Shown here in pieces: positions 18,346-26,965 of a DNA stretch of 64,000 nucleotides. Source of the stretch: a virus. Lineage: Duplodnaviria; Caudoviricetes. The notes under the pieces are model-generated. The model ran no database searches. It worked only from the letters and a program-made list of their open reading frames with translations, and had not been told where the DNA came from. The stretch spans positions 1-64,000 of the IMG/VR virus record IMGVR_UViG_3300020308_000002; one strand, written 5' to 3'. The stretch's first letter is position 1. Each line of letters opens with the position of its first letter. The position numbers and the translations under genes were made by a program.

Positions 18346-20498
18346 TAACGACCTCTGATACGACGTAGTTTTTGAACAAAGTCCATATCTGAATATTTGT
18401 TCAGTAATTCATCAACTTTTGCTTGCCTAACCAAATCAACGTATTCATTGGTTGTAGGTCTCATTCCTGCTGGGACGTTGGCCTGACTTACCGAAGGTTT
18501 CCTATTTATATTTGCGTCCGGGCTGGGGTTTACAGGAGCGTTCTGGGCTTCAGGAGTGTACAGATTAGGGGCTCCTGCGGCTCTAGCGTCTCTGACTATT
18601 TGAAGCATGCGTTCTTTGAGTCCCATCTTGTCTCTGAACGCATCTCGTTCTAGAGGAAAACGATCTGTCGCTAAAGGAGAGAAGTTCACTCTTTCTGCAC
18701 TTCCAAGCATTCGATCTATATCTCTTCCTTCTTGTAACTGATCAAGTAAGTCTTGTAAAGGATTGCCAGTAATAGTAACCATTGGTTTTCCTTTTTGGTA
18801 TTGCTTAGCTGGCTTTGTAACTTGCATCAAGCGTTTTTGCATGTCACCCAAGATTGGATCTTGCAATTTGAAGTTTGAAACTAATTGCATACCAGTTATA
18901 TCTTCTAATAAGTTATTAATTGTGAGATATCCTTGATTAGTTATGCGACTAGTTCCAAGTCTTACTGTTGTTTCTCCATCTGACTGACCACGTCCCAAAG
19001 GAATTACTCTTTCGTCGTTTAAAAAGAATTGATTAGGAGAATTTTCATATTTACCGGCTCTCACATCCAAATTTGAGCTTGGAATAGATACTACAGGAGC
19101 TAAATTTCCACGAATTATCGCATTAATTGCTTCTCCTAATGTTTGTGCTTGACTTTGAGGTCTACCACTAGTCCTGTCTGGGACAAAATAAGACAAACCA
19201 TATTTCTCAGCAATATCAATCGGTAGTCTTGCACTTGGATCAAGCAATTCCAACCTGACTGCTGTTGGGTTAAAGCGTCTTGTTCCTTTTTGACCAACAG
19301 TATATGTAGAAGGCTGCCTGACACCAGTACCCTCGGCAACCATCATTTTTTGTCTGCGTGTTTCTTCAGGCGTTGACCCGAGCGGTTCGATTGTCTGAGT
19401 TTGCAGATCGTAGAATTCGCCAGCCGGAGCCATCAAAGCAGGTACAACATAAGGACCAACCGCAGTCCGTGACTGTTTTAGCTTGTCATTAGGGGCTACT
19501 CCTATTTTTGCAAGTTGATCATAGTCTTGAACCATCTGAACAGTGGGAACTTCCTTGAATTTCTCGGAATCAGCTCTTAAATATTTCCCTTCAGGGTCGT
19601 CATAAGAAGTCGCCACTCCTGACTCAGGACCAATCTCTCCAGATCTACCTAATCTTGCTAAGACACCTTCGGGGCGCGTTGATGGATCTTGTATAACTCT
19701 TTGATTATCTAATAAATAGTTAACTCCTTCTCCACTTAATTCGGGCATTGCAGACTTTAACTGCTGTGAACGAGTTTCTGCAGGTCCTACTTGTCTTCCT
19801 TCTGCAGCAGATGGACCGTAATCCCAGTTTGCATACCTTTTTATTAGTTCTTCTTGTGGTTTTAAGTCTGTTTTTTGTTGCAAAGTCTCTTTACGCACGT
19901 CTCTCAGAGCTTTTTCCATTCTTGGATCCCTCTGAGTAGGGTATTTTGCTTGTGTTTCTGAGAAAAAGTCTTTAGTAGGTACAGGTTCCTTGTCAGGTCT
20001 GTAAACACCAACCATTTTGTAAGGCATTTGCTTGCCTGTTCTGCCAGAGTATTCGCCTGTGTCTGGAAAATTTCCCCTTGGAGGGACAGATGGAGAAATT
20101 TCGTCAGTTTTTCTAGCAGGGATTGGTGTTAAAACGCCGCCTGCCGTGTTGTTTTCTTTATTAGGTTGAATAATACGACCACCCGCACCCCTGTTTGGAG
20201 TAAATGCAAAATCTCCAGAAGGTGTTGCACGAGTTTTCTCAGGCATTACATAAGTGCCTGTGTCTGGATTTATAGTTCTACGAGTATTTTCGGGTTGCTG
20301 TTGTTGTGGAGAACCAAATATTAAGCCTTGCCTACCTCTTTTTTCTACTTCGGCTAAATTCTCTGCTGCAGTTTGTCCTCTATACGGCGCGGCGCTTTCT
20401 TCTACTAGCTTTTGCAGGCGTTTGAGTTGATCTCCTTCGGGGCGACGTCTGTCGTCTTTGTCATCCCAGAACCTAAAGTTGCCGATACCGCCAAGCAT
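18345..20498 (-). CDS. Large hypothetical protein (717 aa)
   Basis: Long ORF, first gene of the leftward block. Confidence 0.8.
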   Translation of the reverse strand: MLGGIGNFRFWDDKDDRRRPEGDQLKRLQKLVEESAAPYRGQTAAENLAEVEKRGRQGLIFGSPQQQQPENTRRTINPDTGTYVMPEKTRATPSGDFAFTPNRGAGGRIIQPNKENNTAGGVLTPIPARKTDEISPSVPPRGNFPDTGEYSGRTGKQMPYKMVGVYRPDKEPVPTKDFFSETQAKYPTQRDPRMEKALRDVRKETLQQKTDLKPQEELIKRYANWDYGPSAAEGRQVGPAETRSQQLKSAMPELSGEGVNYLLDNQRVIQDPSTRPEGVLARLGRSGEIGPESGVATSYDDPEGKYLRADSEKFKEVPTVQMVQDYDQLAKIGVAPNDKLKQSRTAVGPYVVPALMAPAGEFYDLQTQTIEPLGSTPEETRRQKMMVAEGTGVRQPSTYTVGQKGTRRFNPTAVRLELLDPSARLPIDIAEKYGLSYFVPDRTSGRPQSQAQTLGEAINAIIRGNLAPVVSIPSSNLDVRAGKYENSPNQFFLNDERVIPLGRGQSDGETTVRLGTSRITNQGYLTINNLLEDITGMQLVSNFKLQDPILGDMQKRLMQVTKPAKQYQKGKPMVTITGNPLQDLLDQLQEGRDIDRMLGSAERVNFSPLATDRFPLERDAFRDKMGLKERMLQIVRDARAAGAPNLYTPEAQNAPVNPSPDANINRKPSVSQANVPAGMRPTTNEYVDLVRQAKVDELLNKYSDMDFVQKLRRIRGR

Positions 20499-21290
20499 CC
20501 TATTTATACGAGTTATATCTGTATTACAAGTCTACCGAGTCGTTAAAGGCGTTAGCCCTGGTTTTCTGATGTTAAGCGGCGGATAAGCGCTTCGTAGCTC
20601 TTTATCGCGTTTTCTCCTCATGAAGCGTTTTAACTCCCCTTAAGAGGGCCTCGCGGGAAAATCTCGAAAAATGTTGCTCAGCGAGATATACATCAAACAC
20701 CCTCGCCTAGTTGAAGCACCGCTCAAACAAAAAAAAGAAGGGCATATGTAATGAAGCGACGCAGCAAATGTTAAACAGCAGAAGACTTATGTTAGTTAAT
20801 TGTTTAACAACAGAAGAACTATCTGACTACGTTTAATGTTTAGCTGCGGAAGTTTGCGTTGCGACGTGTTACGCGACCGCGTTCAAGGGTGCAATCCATA
20901 GTTATCTTTTGCATAATCTATTGTTTCCCTTACGAGCCTGAGTTAGCAACAGTTATCCCACGCATCCCCGCATACATAGCGCATTTATCGCACTGCCCCT
21001 TCTTCGCTCTCTCGAGGGCGTCAAACCCTGTGACACTAGGCTAACACGTACCCAGTTGCTAACCGCTGCGCTCGTTTCACTCGCTTGCTTATAATGATTC
21101 ACTCCAAATTGCTACGCAATTGAGTTCACTTTTCCCATGGCTCCCCATGCGCTCGCTAATGCTCGCTTTGTGTTCGCATTTTGAGTTACCTGTTTACATT
21201 GTGACGATCACGCCTACTGTTTAGTAGATTAGTTGACAAATATAGCTACTTTGTGGAGATAATGCAAGTTTTGATGTTAGTGCGATGTTA
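20499..21290. other. Non-coding divergence region (candidate genome end or control region)
   Basis: ~790 bp without a convincing ORF between divergent blocks; short CGCTCG/TCGC-rich repeats; TTGACA at 21233-21238. Confidence 0.5.
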
Positions 21291-21291
21291 A

Positions 21292-21313
21292 TGCAGTAAT
21301 TCAACAATGCATT
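21292..21313 (+). promoter_or_regulatory. Conserved cassette motif copy 1 (TGCAGTAATTCAACAATGCATT)
   Basis: Immediately followed by ATG 21314. Confidence 0.85.
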
Positions 21314-21562
21314 ATGTCTATCCAAGTTAAGAGTATTACAACTAGCACCGCTAAGTATGTATACAGCTTGAACAAGGAATTTAAGACTTGCGTGATCACT
21401 TACCTGCCTAAGGCTAAGAATCCACGCAATAAGGTGTATGCTCAGTGCTCGCTGTTGATGTCCCTTGAAACAGCCAAAGAGCACTGGAAGAAGACCCAGA
21501 CCTTGGCTGGTCATCCCAGATACACCACTAAGAAGGTCAAGAAACTCCCTGCCGCTAGGTAG
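21314..21562 (+). CDS. Early small basic protein
   Basis: Flanked by motif and terminator. Confidence 0.75.
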   Translation: MSIQVKSITTSTAKYVYSLNKEFKTCVITYLPKAKNPRNKVYAQCSLLMSLETAKEHWKKTQTLAGHPRYTTKKVKKLPAAR

Positions 21563-21570
21563 GGTTTTTT
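21547..21570 (+). terminator. Rho-independent terminator
   Basis: CCCTGCC-gcta-GGTAGGG-TTTTTT. Confidence 0.8.
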
Positions 21571-21572
21571 AT

Positions 21573-21594
21573 TGGACTAATTCAACAATGCATT
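21573..21594 (+). promoter_or_regulatory. Cassette motif copy 2 (TGGACTAATTCAACAATGCATT)
   Basis: Directly before ATG 21595. Confidence 0.85.
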
Positions 21595-21819
21595 ATGAAA
21601 TCATCTTCGATTCTCTATCCTATTTGTGTTTTTTGTTTCTCTTGGGGAACAATCATGTTAGTAAACCAGCTTGTGACTGGCTTGTCTGCCTCTACTCAAA
21701 TGCAATGCGCTGGAGCGGAGTATTTGAGAGGCGATCAACGCGCTCAAAAGCTGGCTTTAGTTGAGTTTTGCCGCGATAATGGTTACTACGTTGGTAAGCA
21801 TTTGCAGCAAGAGCAATAA
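21595..21819 (+). CDS. Early small membrane protein
   Basis: N-terminal hydrophobic helix; starts right after the motif. Confidence 0.7.
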   Translation: MKSSSILYPICVFCFSWGTIMLVNQLVTGLSASTQMQCAGAEYLRGDQRAQKLALVEFCRDNGYYVGKHLQQEQ

Positions 21820-21822
21820 CCC

Positions 21823-21860
21823 AAAGCCCCTGTCTAGGTCGTCCTGGATGGGGGTTTTTT
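21823..21860 (+). terminator. Rho-independent terminator
   Basis: GCCCCTGTCTAGG-tcgt-CCTGGATGGGGGT plus T run. Confidence 0.8.
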
Positions 21861-21862
21861 AA

Positions 21863-21884
21863 TGTAGTAACTCAACAATGCATT
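21863..21884 (+). promoter_or_regulatory. Cassette motif copy 3 (TGTAGTAACTCAACAATGCATT)
   Basis: Directly before ATG 21885. Confidence 0.85.
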
Positions 21885-22040
21885 ATGAATGAGTTGTGGG
21901 CAGTCATCCTAGATAGGAAGTTTTCTAGCTTCCATCGATCTAGAGAGGATGCAGAGTCTGAAGCATTCTTGCTTGAGGTCGTCCTGTGCGAACCTAATAA
22001 ACCTAGTCATATCGTTGACTACGTTCAGTTATCTGCTTAA
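21885..22040 (+). CDS. 51-aa early protein (MNELWAVILDRKFSSFHRSREDAE...)
   Basis: Manual translation; not in the ORF track. Confidence 0.7.
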   Translation: MNELWAVILDRKFSSFHRSREDAESEAFLLEVVLCEPNKPSHIVDYVQLSA

Positions 22041-22070
22041 GTACATCAGTACTACCCCTTATCCACTACG

Positions 22071-22115
22071 TTCCCCTCGGTCGGTCTGGTCTTCAGGTCG
22101 GTCGGGGGAATTTTT
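22071..22115 (+). terminator. Rho-independent terminator (long G-U-rich stem)
   Basis: TTCCCC...GGGGGAA followed by TTTTT. Confidence 0.7.
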
Positions 22116-22117
22116 AG

Positions 22118-22139
22118 TGCAGTAACTCAACACTGCATT
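22118..22139 (+). promoter_or_regulatory. Cassette motif copy 4 (TGCAGTAACTCAACACTGCATT)
   Basis: Perfect TGCAGT/ACTGCA arms; pyrimidine-rich leader to ATG 22159. Confidence 0.85.
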
Positions 22140-22158
22140 ATTCTCTCTATCCACCACC

Positions 22159-22338
22159 ATGGTTAACGATTTAATTACTGAGTATCTTGCTCAAGAGGAT
22201 CACGCTTTGTTTTCCCTTCTTAGAGCCACTAGTAATTATGCGGCAAGTCTTGGTACCACTGACGAGTTTAACTACAGGTCGACTGTAGCCCTCCGAGCTC
22301 GTTCCTTCGGTATCGACCCAGCCGCCTTCCTCGATTAG
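22159..22338 (+). CDS. 59-aa early protein (MVNDLITEYLAQEDHALF...)
   Basis: Manual translation; not in the ORF track. Confidence 0.7.
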   Translation: MVNDLITEYLAQEDHALFSLLRATSNYAASLGTTDEFNYRSTVALRARSFGIDPAAFLD

Positions 22339-22355
22339 GTCAGCCTATCCCATGT

Positions 22356-22390
22356 ATCCCCTGCCAGTTCTAGCTGGTGGGGGTCTTTTT
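22356..22390 (+). terminator. Rho-independent terminator
   Basis: CCCCTGCCAGT-tcta-GCTGGTGGGGG followed by a T run. Confidence 0.75.
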
Positions 22391-22392
22391 AT

Positions 22393-22414
22393 TGCAGTAA
22401 TTCAACACTGCATT
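22393..22414 (+). promoter_or_regulatory. Cassette motif copy 5 (TGCAGTAATTCAACACTGCATT)
   Basis: Perfect 6-bp arms. Confidence 0.85.
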
Positions 22415-22435
22415 GTTCTCTATCTCCACCTAAAA

Positions 22436-22882
22436 ATGGTTGCAACTCCAACTAAAACTCCTGCAAAAGCATCCGCCAAGGCTGCTACTCCAGAGCGTAT
22501 CGATGATGACGTCGTTATTGTCGGTCTGCTCAAGAACACACAGGAGTTTATTGGGCAAGGTGAAAACGCTAAGCGTCAAGCCAAAGGCTTCCTTAGCTGC
22601 AGTTCTACTGACACCTTCAATGATCAGAAGATCAACATCGACTTACCTGTCGACAACTTTATTGCTAGTGACAACGGTGTTCCATTAGCCCAAGAGTTGC
22701 TTGATTTACAAGCCAAGCACTCAGAAAAAGGCCAGTGGGTCAAAGTTGCCTTAAAAGGCTTCTGGGTTCCTTCTTCTAGCCCACAGTTAATGGGAGGCTA
22801 CATGAAGGCTCAGTACAAGGCTCTTAGAGTTAAGAGTTACAAGATCATCAGATCTAGTCTTGACAAGCCTGTCACTAAGTAA
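22436..22882 (+). CDS. Early hypothetical protein
   Basis: Start moved to ATG 22436, downstream of motif copy 5. Confidence 0.75.
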   Translation: MVATPTKTPAKASAKAATPERIDDDVVIVGLLKNTQEFIGQGENAKRQAKGFLSCSSTDTFNDQKINIDLPVDNFIASDNGVPLAQELLDLQAKHSEKGQWVKVALKGFWVPSSSPQLMGGYMKAQYKALRVKSYKIIRSSLDKPVTK

Positions 22883-22889
22883 CTTACTT

Positions 22890-22919
22890 GCCACCTAGCT
22901 TCGGCTGGGTGGCTTTTTT
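22890..22919 (+). terminator. Rho-independent terminator with TTCG tetraloop
   Basis: GCCACCTAGC-TTCG-GCTGGGTGGC-TTTTTT. Confidence 0.9.
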
Positions 22920-22921
22920 AT

Positions 22922-22943
22922 TGCTCCAACTCAACATTGGTCA
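22922..22943 (+). promoter_or_regulatory. Cassette motif copy 6, degenerate (TGCTCCAACTCAACATTGGTCA)
   Basis: AACTCAACA core at the same distance from the terminator. Confidence 0.6.
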
Positions 22944-23212
22944 TGAGGTACAACGACATAACTGGTCAGCCACAGCCTGGTCAGTCCACTGAAACTTTTA
23001 TTCCTTTTGGTTGCATATCAGCCAAAGAAGCTTTATTACTCATAGATGCTATGCAACGATCTAATGCGAGAGGATTAGAACGTGTACATGCTGAGATGAT
23101 TAGAGCTGTTGAATGTTATTTCGATCATACGGATAATAAGGTTCGTGAACTTGACAACTGTGAAACCAAGCTCAAGCAGTACGCTAAGCAACAACAGAAG
23201 GTGAAATCATGA
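22943..23212 (+). CDS. Early hypothetical protein
   Basis: ATG 22943 preferred over TTG 22937. Confidence 0.7.
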   Translation: MRYNDITGQPQPGQSTETFIPFGCISAKEALLLIDAMQRSNARGLERVHAEMIRAVECYFDHTDNKVRELDNCETKLKQYAKQQQKVKS

Positions 23213-23385
23213 GTGACCGACGTGGTCTCGAAGGTCTTCCTAAGAAGATCAACCCTGCTAAGACTGAATGGATAGGCACTCACCTAACTACCAGTCTTTA
23301 CGAGGAAGAAGAGATTCCAGACAGAGAAGGCTATGCCGCAAGCTGTCTAATGGAAGACGATACTCTTGATGAATCCCACATATAG
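23209..23385 (+). CDS. 58-aa acidic protein (MSDRRGLEGLPKKINP...)
   Basis: ATGA overlap; manual translation; not in the ORF track. Confidence 0.65.
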   Translation: MSDRRGLEGLPKKINPAKTEWIGTHLTTSLYEEEEIPDREGYAASCLMEDDTLDESHI

Positions 23386-23391
23386 ATACAC

Positions 23392-23418
23392 AGCTCCACC
23401 TTCGGGTGGGGCTTTTTT
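23392..23418 (+). terminator. Rho-independent terminator with TTCG tetraloop
   Basis: AGCTCCACC-TTCG-GGTGGGGCT-TTTTT. Confidence 0.9.
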
Positions 23419-23420
23419 AT

Positions 23421-23442
23421 TGCACTAACTCAACAGTGCGTC
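23421..23442 (+). promoter_or_regulatory. Cassette motif copy 7 (TGCACTAACTCAACAGTGCGTC)
   Basis: Arms GCACT/AGTGC, a compensatory change relative to copies 4 and 5. Confidence 0.8.
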
Positions 23443-23460
23443 CTCCTACTTACTATTCAA

Positions 23461-23853
23461 ATGACACCACCTAACTCAAAGTGGGACATTGCACCTGTTC
23501 AGCCCGGTGAACTGGTTGACTATGACCCAACTAACCACGACACTAGTAATAAGTACGAAAATTTCAAAGAATCCTTCTTAAATTTCTCTACTCAATTCCT
23601 TTTTGTCTGTTATTTCATGGCTCGCTTCACTCAAGAACTTTGCCATAAGCTTTTACCTCCTATTGTTCGCTTCCTCTGGCAGATCAAGAAGCTAGCAGCT
23701 AGGTATGAATCTTGGGCAAAGAAGAACAAGCCATTTATGCAAATTATTGAATATCTATACAGTTTTAGAAGAGAAGACTATTGGGTCGGAAAGACCAAGA
23801 CTGGACGATTACAGAAGCCTGATGGCACCTTCCTCAAGAAGACTAAACCCTAA
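23461..23853 (+). CDS. Early hypothetical protein
   Basis: ATG after a pyrimidine-rich leader. Confidence 0.7.
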   Translation: MTPPNSKWDIAPVQPGELVDYDPTNHDTSNKYENFKESFLNFSTQFLFVCYFMARFTQELCHKLLPPIVRFLWQIKKLAARYESWAKKNKPFMQIIEYLYSFRREDYWVGKTKTGRLQKPDGTFLKKTKP

Positions 23854-24062
23854 GCCCCGTATGCCACTTCAGGTTGATAACTGCCTGACATTGTATATTC
23901 AGGTTCACTATTCTCAGGAGACATAGCATTGAAAGTCTTCTGTAAAGACGGTATCAACTTGTCACTCCTAAAGCTTCGACGCAGGCTATCCAAGTTACCA
24001 TCCTTCAAACCTTTTTTCAGGTCAAGATCAAATAATTCTCCTGCAAATCTTAGGTCGTCCAT
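23850..24062 (-). CDS. Hypothetical protein
   Basis: ATG ORF converging on the previous gene. Confidence 0.55.
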   Translation of the reverse strand: MDDLRFAGELFDLDLKKGLKDGNLDSLRRSFRSDKLIPSLQKTFNAMSPENSEPEYTMSGSYQPEVAYGA

Positions 24063-24201
24063 TCTTTATCCTCTCTTACTTGACAAATCCGAACAGTCTC
24101 CTGCTGAGATATATAGGCAGAAGAGTGAGTATTCCCATGAGCCTCCATGGAATACAAGATCTTTCTTGCCATGTCACATTCAGCAGGAGTTGGATTTTTA
24201 A

Positions 24202-24807
24202 TCATACTAAAGTGTTTGCTCTGTCAACAATTTGCTGCTCTGTGCTTTCTACGTAAGCCATAAGATCAAGTAGTCCTGAGCCTGCTGCAGTCAAAGCGGA
24301 ACCTCCCGCTACACCAGCTACACCTGCTCTTGCTACTTGTGCTTGTCTAAATGATGCTGTCCTCTGATCTGGAGATCCTCCCATAAATGTCAAGGCGTCA
24401 CCCACTGCTCCTGCTATATCTGCTCTTGTATTAGGCATTCCACCTAAAGCCGCTTGTATAGCAGTTCTGTCTCCTGGCTGTACTTGAGATAATACTGCCT
24501 TGGCATCTGCTGAGAAAGCGTCTGGATTAGTAATCATCCGAACAGGATTCCTACTCTGTCTTGCAACAATCGCTTCTGCAAGGCGTTGTTTATCCTGTTC
24601 TCCTATTAACTCATCTGTAGCAGCCTGAATCCGAGCATTCGTTCTGTTGGCACCAAAGTTGCTAACGTTTGCACCTGCTTCACGCAAAGCTTGAGCTATT
24701 GAAGCATCAGCCTGACCAACAGAAGGCACAGCATTCTGAGCAGCTAAATACCTTTTATTAATAGCTTGCTGTAATTGGTTAAGTCGAGTCTGTGGATTGA
24801 TGTTCAC
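24202..24807 (-). CDS. Ala/Gly/Gln-rich protein resembling the virion-block proteins
   Basis: GVAGVAGGSALTAAGSGLL near the C-terminus; opposite strand to its neighbours. Confidence 0.7.
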   Translation of the reverse strand: MNINPQTRLNQLQQAINKRYLAAQNAVPSVGQADASIAQALREAGANVSNFGANRTNARIQAATDELIGEQDKQRLAEAIVARQSRNPVRMITNPDAFSADAKAVLSQVQPGDRTAIQAALGGMPNTRADIAGAVGDALTFMGGSPDQRTASFRQAQVARAGVAGVAGGSALTAAGSGLLDLMAYVESTEQQIVDRANTLV

Positions 24808-24854
24808 GCCTTAAAAATTCTATCAATACATCTATATTAGGTGTATTTTTTTGG

Positions 24855-24876
24855 TGATCTAATTCAACAATGCATT
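24855..24876 (+). promoter_or_regulatory. Cassette motif copy 8 (TGATCTAATTCAACAATGCATT)
   Basis: Core intact, arms unpaired; restarts the plus-strand block. Confidence 0.75.
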
Positions 24877-24886
24877 TTATGTATTA

Positions 24887-25345
24887 TTGCGTAGATCTTC
24901 TGTTCACAACTACCAAACACCTATGACCCTACACTTGGGTACTAAATCGTTCTCGTTCTTCATCAGACCAGACGTATTTAATAAGACTGGTTTAATATCA
25001 GTCGGTTTCTGCCGTAACAGGCACACCAAAGCCTGCATGGAAGATCACATCACTCTTGGTGCAAGATCTGACACGCTTGCTGAATTCGTTGCCAACGAAG
25101 ATCCAACAAACACTTGTTCTGTTGACGGCAAGACATACTCAGCCAAGTCAATTGGTTGGGGTCGTGATGAACATGGTAATCCACAGAAGATTACATACTC
25201 AGCCGAGGAGATTGCAGCGAGAGCCAAGCTACGTGCTATCAACAAAGCCGAGGAAGAACTCAGGCGTCAGAAATTAGATCTCGAGATCAACAATGTTGAC
25301 GCTGACTCCGAGATTGTAGTTGACACCTTTTCTACACCCGCGTAA
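24887..25345 (+). CDS. Hypothetical protein (start uncertain: 24923 or 25037)
   Basis: ORF track; C-terminal coiled coil. Confidence 0.6.
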   Translation: MRRSSVHNYQTPMTLHLGTKSFSFFIRPDVFNKTGLISVGFCRNRHTKACMEDHITLGARSDTLAEFVANEDPTNTCSVDGKTYSAKSIGWGRDEHGNPQKITYSAEEIAARAKLRAINKAEEELRRQKLDLEINNVDADSEIVVDTFSTPA

Positions 25346-25465
25346 CTAACCGCGTAACTAGATGATGCTGGCGTTGTCGTTCTGCTGACATGACAGCGCC
25401 AGCTCTACCCAATCCTTGATTTCTGCGGCATCATTCGCAAGCAGCATATTTAATTATGAATATAA

Positions 25466-25879
25466 ATGAATTTAGTCCTGTTGCGGATAGTCCACGCAGT
25501 CAACACCTGCTTGAACTTATTGATGCCATCAAACAATCTCAAGCAACTTTACGATCTTCGGGAGACTCAAAGAATCAAGGAAAGATTGACACACTCATTA
25601 ACACAATCAACAGGAAACTTTATGCATCCTGAAGATCGGTATAGAATCAACCCCTTTCGTGGCGACTTCAAACGCCTATTTATTCATGACCTCAAAACAG
25701 ACCTCGCCTGGGTCGAAGACTTCGACTGTGAAATCGACGCAGGAAACCACTGCCTCAACATCTATTCCAGTGAGTACTTCGAAGGTACTCTCGAAAGATC
25801 TAAGGCACCGAATCAGCTCATTCGACTTAGCTCTTCAACATCAGAGCTCACTCAAAGACCTAGACCAAGCAATAGTTGA
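25466..25879 (+). CDS. Hypothetical protein
   Basis: ORF track; 3' part overlaps the next gene. Confidence 0.55.
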   Translation: MNLVLLRIVHAVNTCLNLLMPSNNLKQLYDLRETQRIKERLTHSLTQSTGNFMHPEDRYRINPFRGDFKRLFIHDLKTDLAWVEDFDCEIDAGNHCLNIYSSEYFEGTLERSKAPNQLIRLSSSTSELTQRPRPSNS

Positions 25880-26372
25880 TCTAGAGAGTGAAGATCCTGT
25901 TAAGAACCAAGAAGCTGTCAGCAAGATTGAGGTGTACTTAGCTGATAAAGAGAACTTCGAGAACAAGGCTACAGACCTTCTCAACTTCTCGTTTGCTTTG
26001 ATAGCTATGGCTAATGCAAAGAAAGCAGAAGCAGACAGGCTGAAGAAACTAGCTATCCCAGAGCTAGCTAAAGCTTATCGATTACAGCAGCTAGTAATCA
26101 GATTATTCAGGACAATCATTAACGATGACAACAAACTGACTAATTACAGATTGCCTATGCATACAATCAAATCCATGATTACTTCGTCAGTACATGTGGA
26201 TGAGTACCTTTGCGATCCCGATAGTTTGCCAGATGAATTCAAAAGAACCAAAACAACGGTAAACAAACAATCACTCAAAGAGGCTTTCAAAGCATCTATC
26301 AAGAACAAGACAAAATCTCCATCATATGAAGGAGTTGAATTCATCCAAGAGCGCCAATGGAGAGTTGAATGA
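25686..26372 (+). CDS. Siphovirus Gp157-like / host-nuclease-inhibitor-like protein
   Basis: Coiled coil KKAEADRLKKL followed by DPDSLPDEFKRTKTTVNKQSLKEAFK...EGVEF. Confidence 0.6.
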   Translation: MTSKQTSPGSKTSTVKSTQETTASTSIPVSTSKVLSKDLRHRISSFDLALQHQSSLKDLDQAIVDLESEDPVKNQEAVSKIEVYLADKENFENKATDLLNFSFALIAMANAKKAEADRLKKLAIPELAKAYRLQQLVIRLFRTIINDDNKLTNYRLPMHTIKSMITSSVHVDEYLCDPDSLPDEFKRTKTTVNKQSLKEAFKASIKNKTKSPSYEGVEFIQERQWRVE

Positions 26373-26965
26373 GTGACAAGTATGACTTCTTTGCCTCTAC
26401 AAGCAAAGGAGCCAGTGAAGTAACTCTTACTCCAGTCTCCCCAGAGGCTATGAAGTTCATCCCTGAACTATTCCCTGATTTGAAACTCGGTCAGTCTGTG
26501 GTTTACAGCCTACGTGACCTGTATCAAATCGTTGACCTGTTTATTCCACCGCATTTTTCTATCAAATGGTTACCACCACTCCGACCTCCGTCTTCATCTT
26601 CACCTCGAACCCCCAGCTCAGCGCCAAGCCAGCTCAGAGGCAAGACGGCATCCACTATGCCTATTACAACGCCCCAGCAAAAAACGGAGGAGGGGGAGAA
26701 TGCTCCGTCAGCTTCCCCGAAAGCGTCAAAGACCATGTCAAGGTTGGGCAACCCTTCAGTGTTGACGGCACACCCATCGCAGGACTTGGATACACCACTC
26801 GCATCCAATACGATGAGAGATACAAGTGTTCCATGCTCATATTTGACTACATCAAACAAGAAAGCCACCAAGAGGTGGAAGAAAGTGCTCCGTTCATATC
26901 AACACCTTTCCCTACCGAGGGATGGGGAGATGCAGACGGTATCACTGCAACTGCCCAGCCAGTAA
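26369..26965 (+). CDS. Hypothetical protein with overprinted S/P/T-rich tail
   Basis: ATGA-coupled start; overlaps the next ORF by 400 nt. Confidence 0.55.
   Translation: MSDKYDFFASTSKGASEVTLTPVSPEAMKFIPELFPDLKLGQSVVYSLRDLYQIVDLFIPPHFSIKWLPPLRPPSSSSPRTPSSAPSQLRGKTASTMPITTPQQKTEEGENAPSASPKASKTMSRLGNPSVLTAHPSQDLDTPLASNTMRDTSVPCSYLTTSNKKATKRWKKVLRSYQHLSLPRDGEMQTVSLQLPSQ

Noticed and set aside
20859-21514. ORFs 20859-21044 (+) and 21221-21514 (-)
   Set aside because: Non-ATG or weak starts; they cross the control region or lie antisense to a motif-led gene
21292-23442. Repeated 22-nt motif read as a CRISPR array
   Set aside because: Spacers are 250-530 nt, contain whole genes and terminators, and repeats are degenerate; no cas genes
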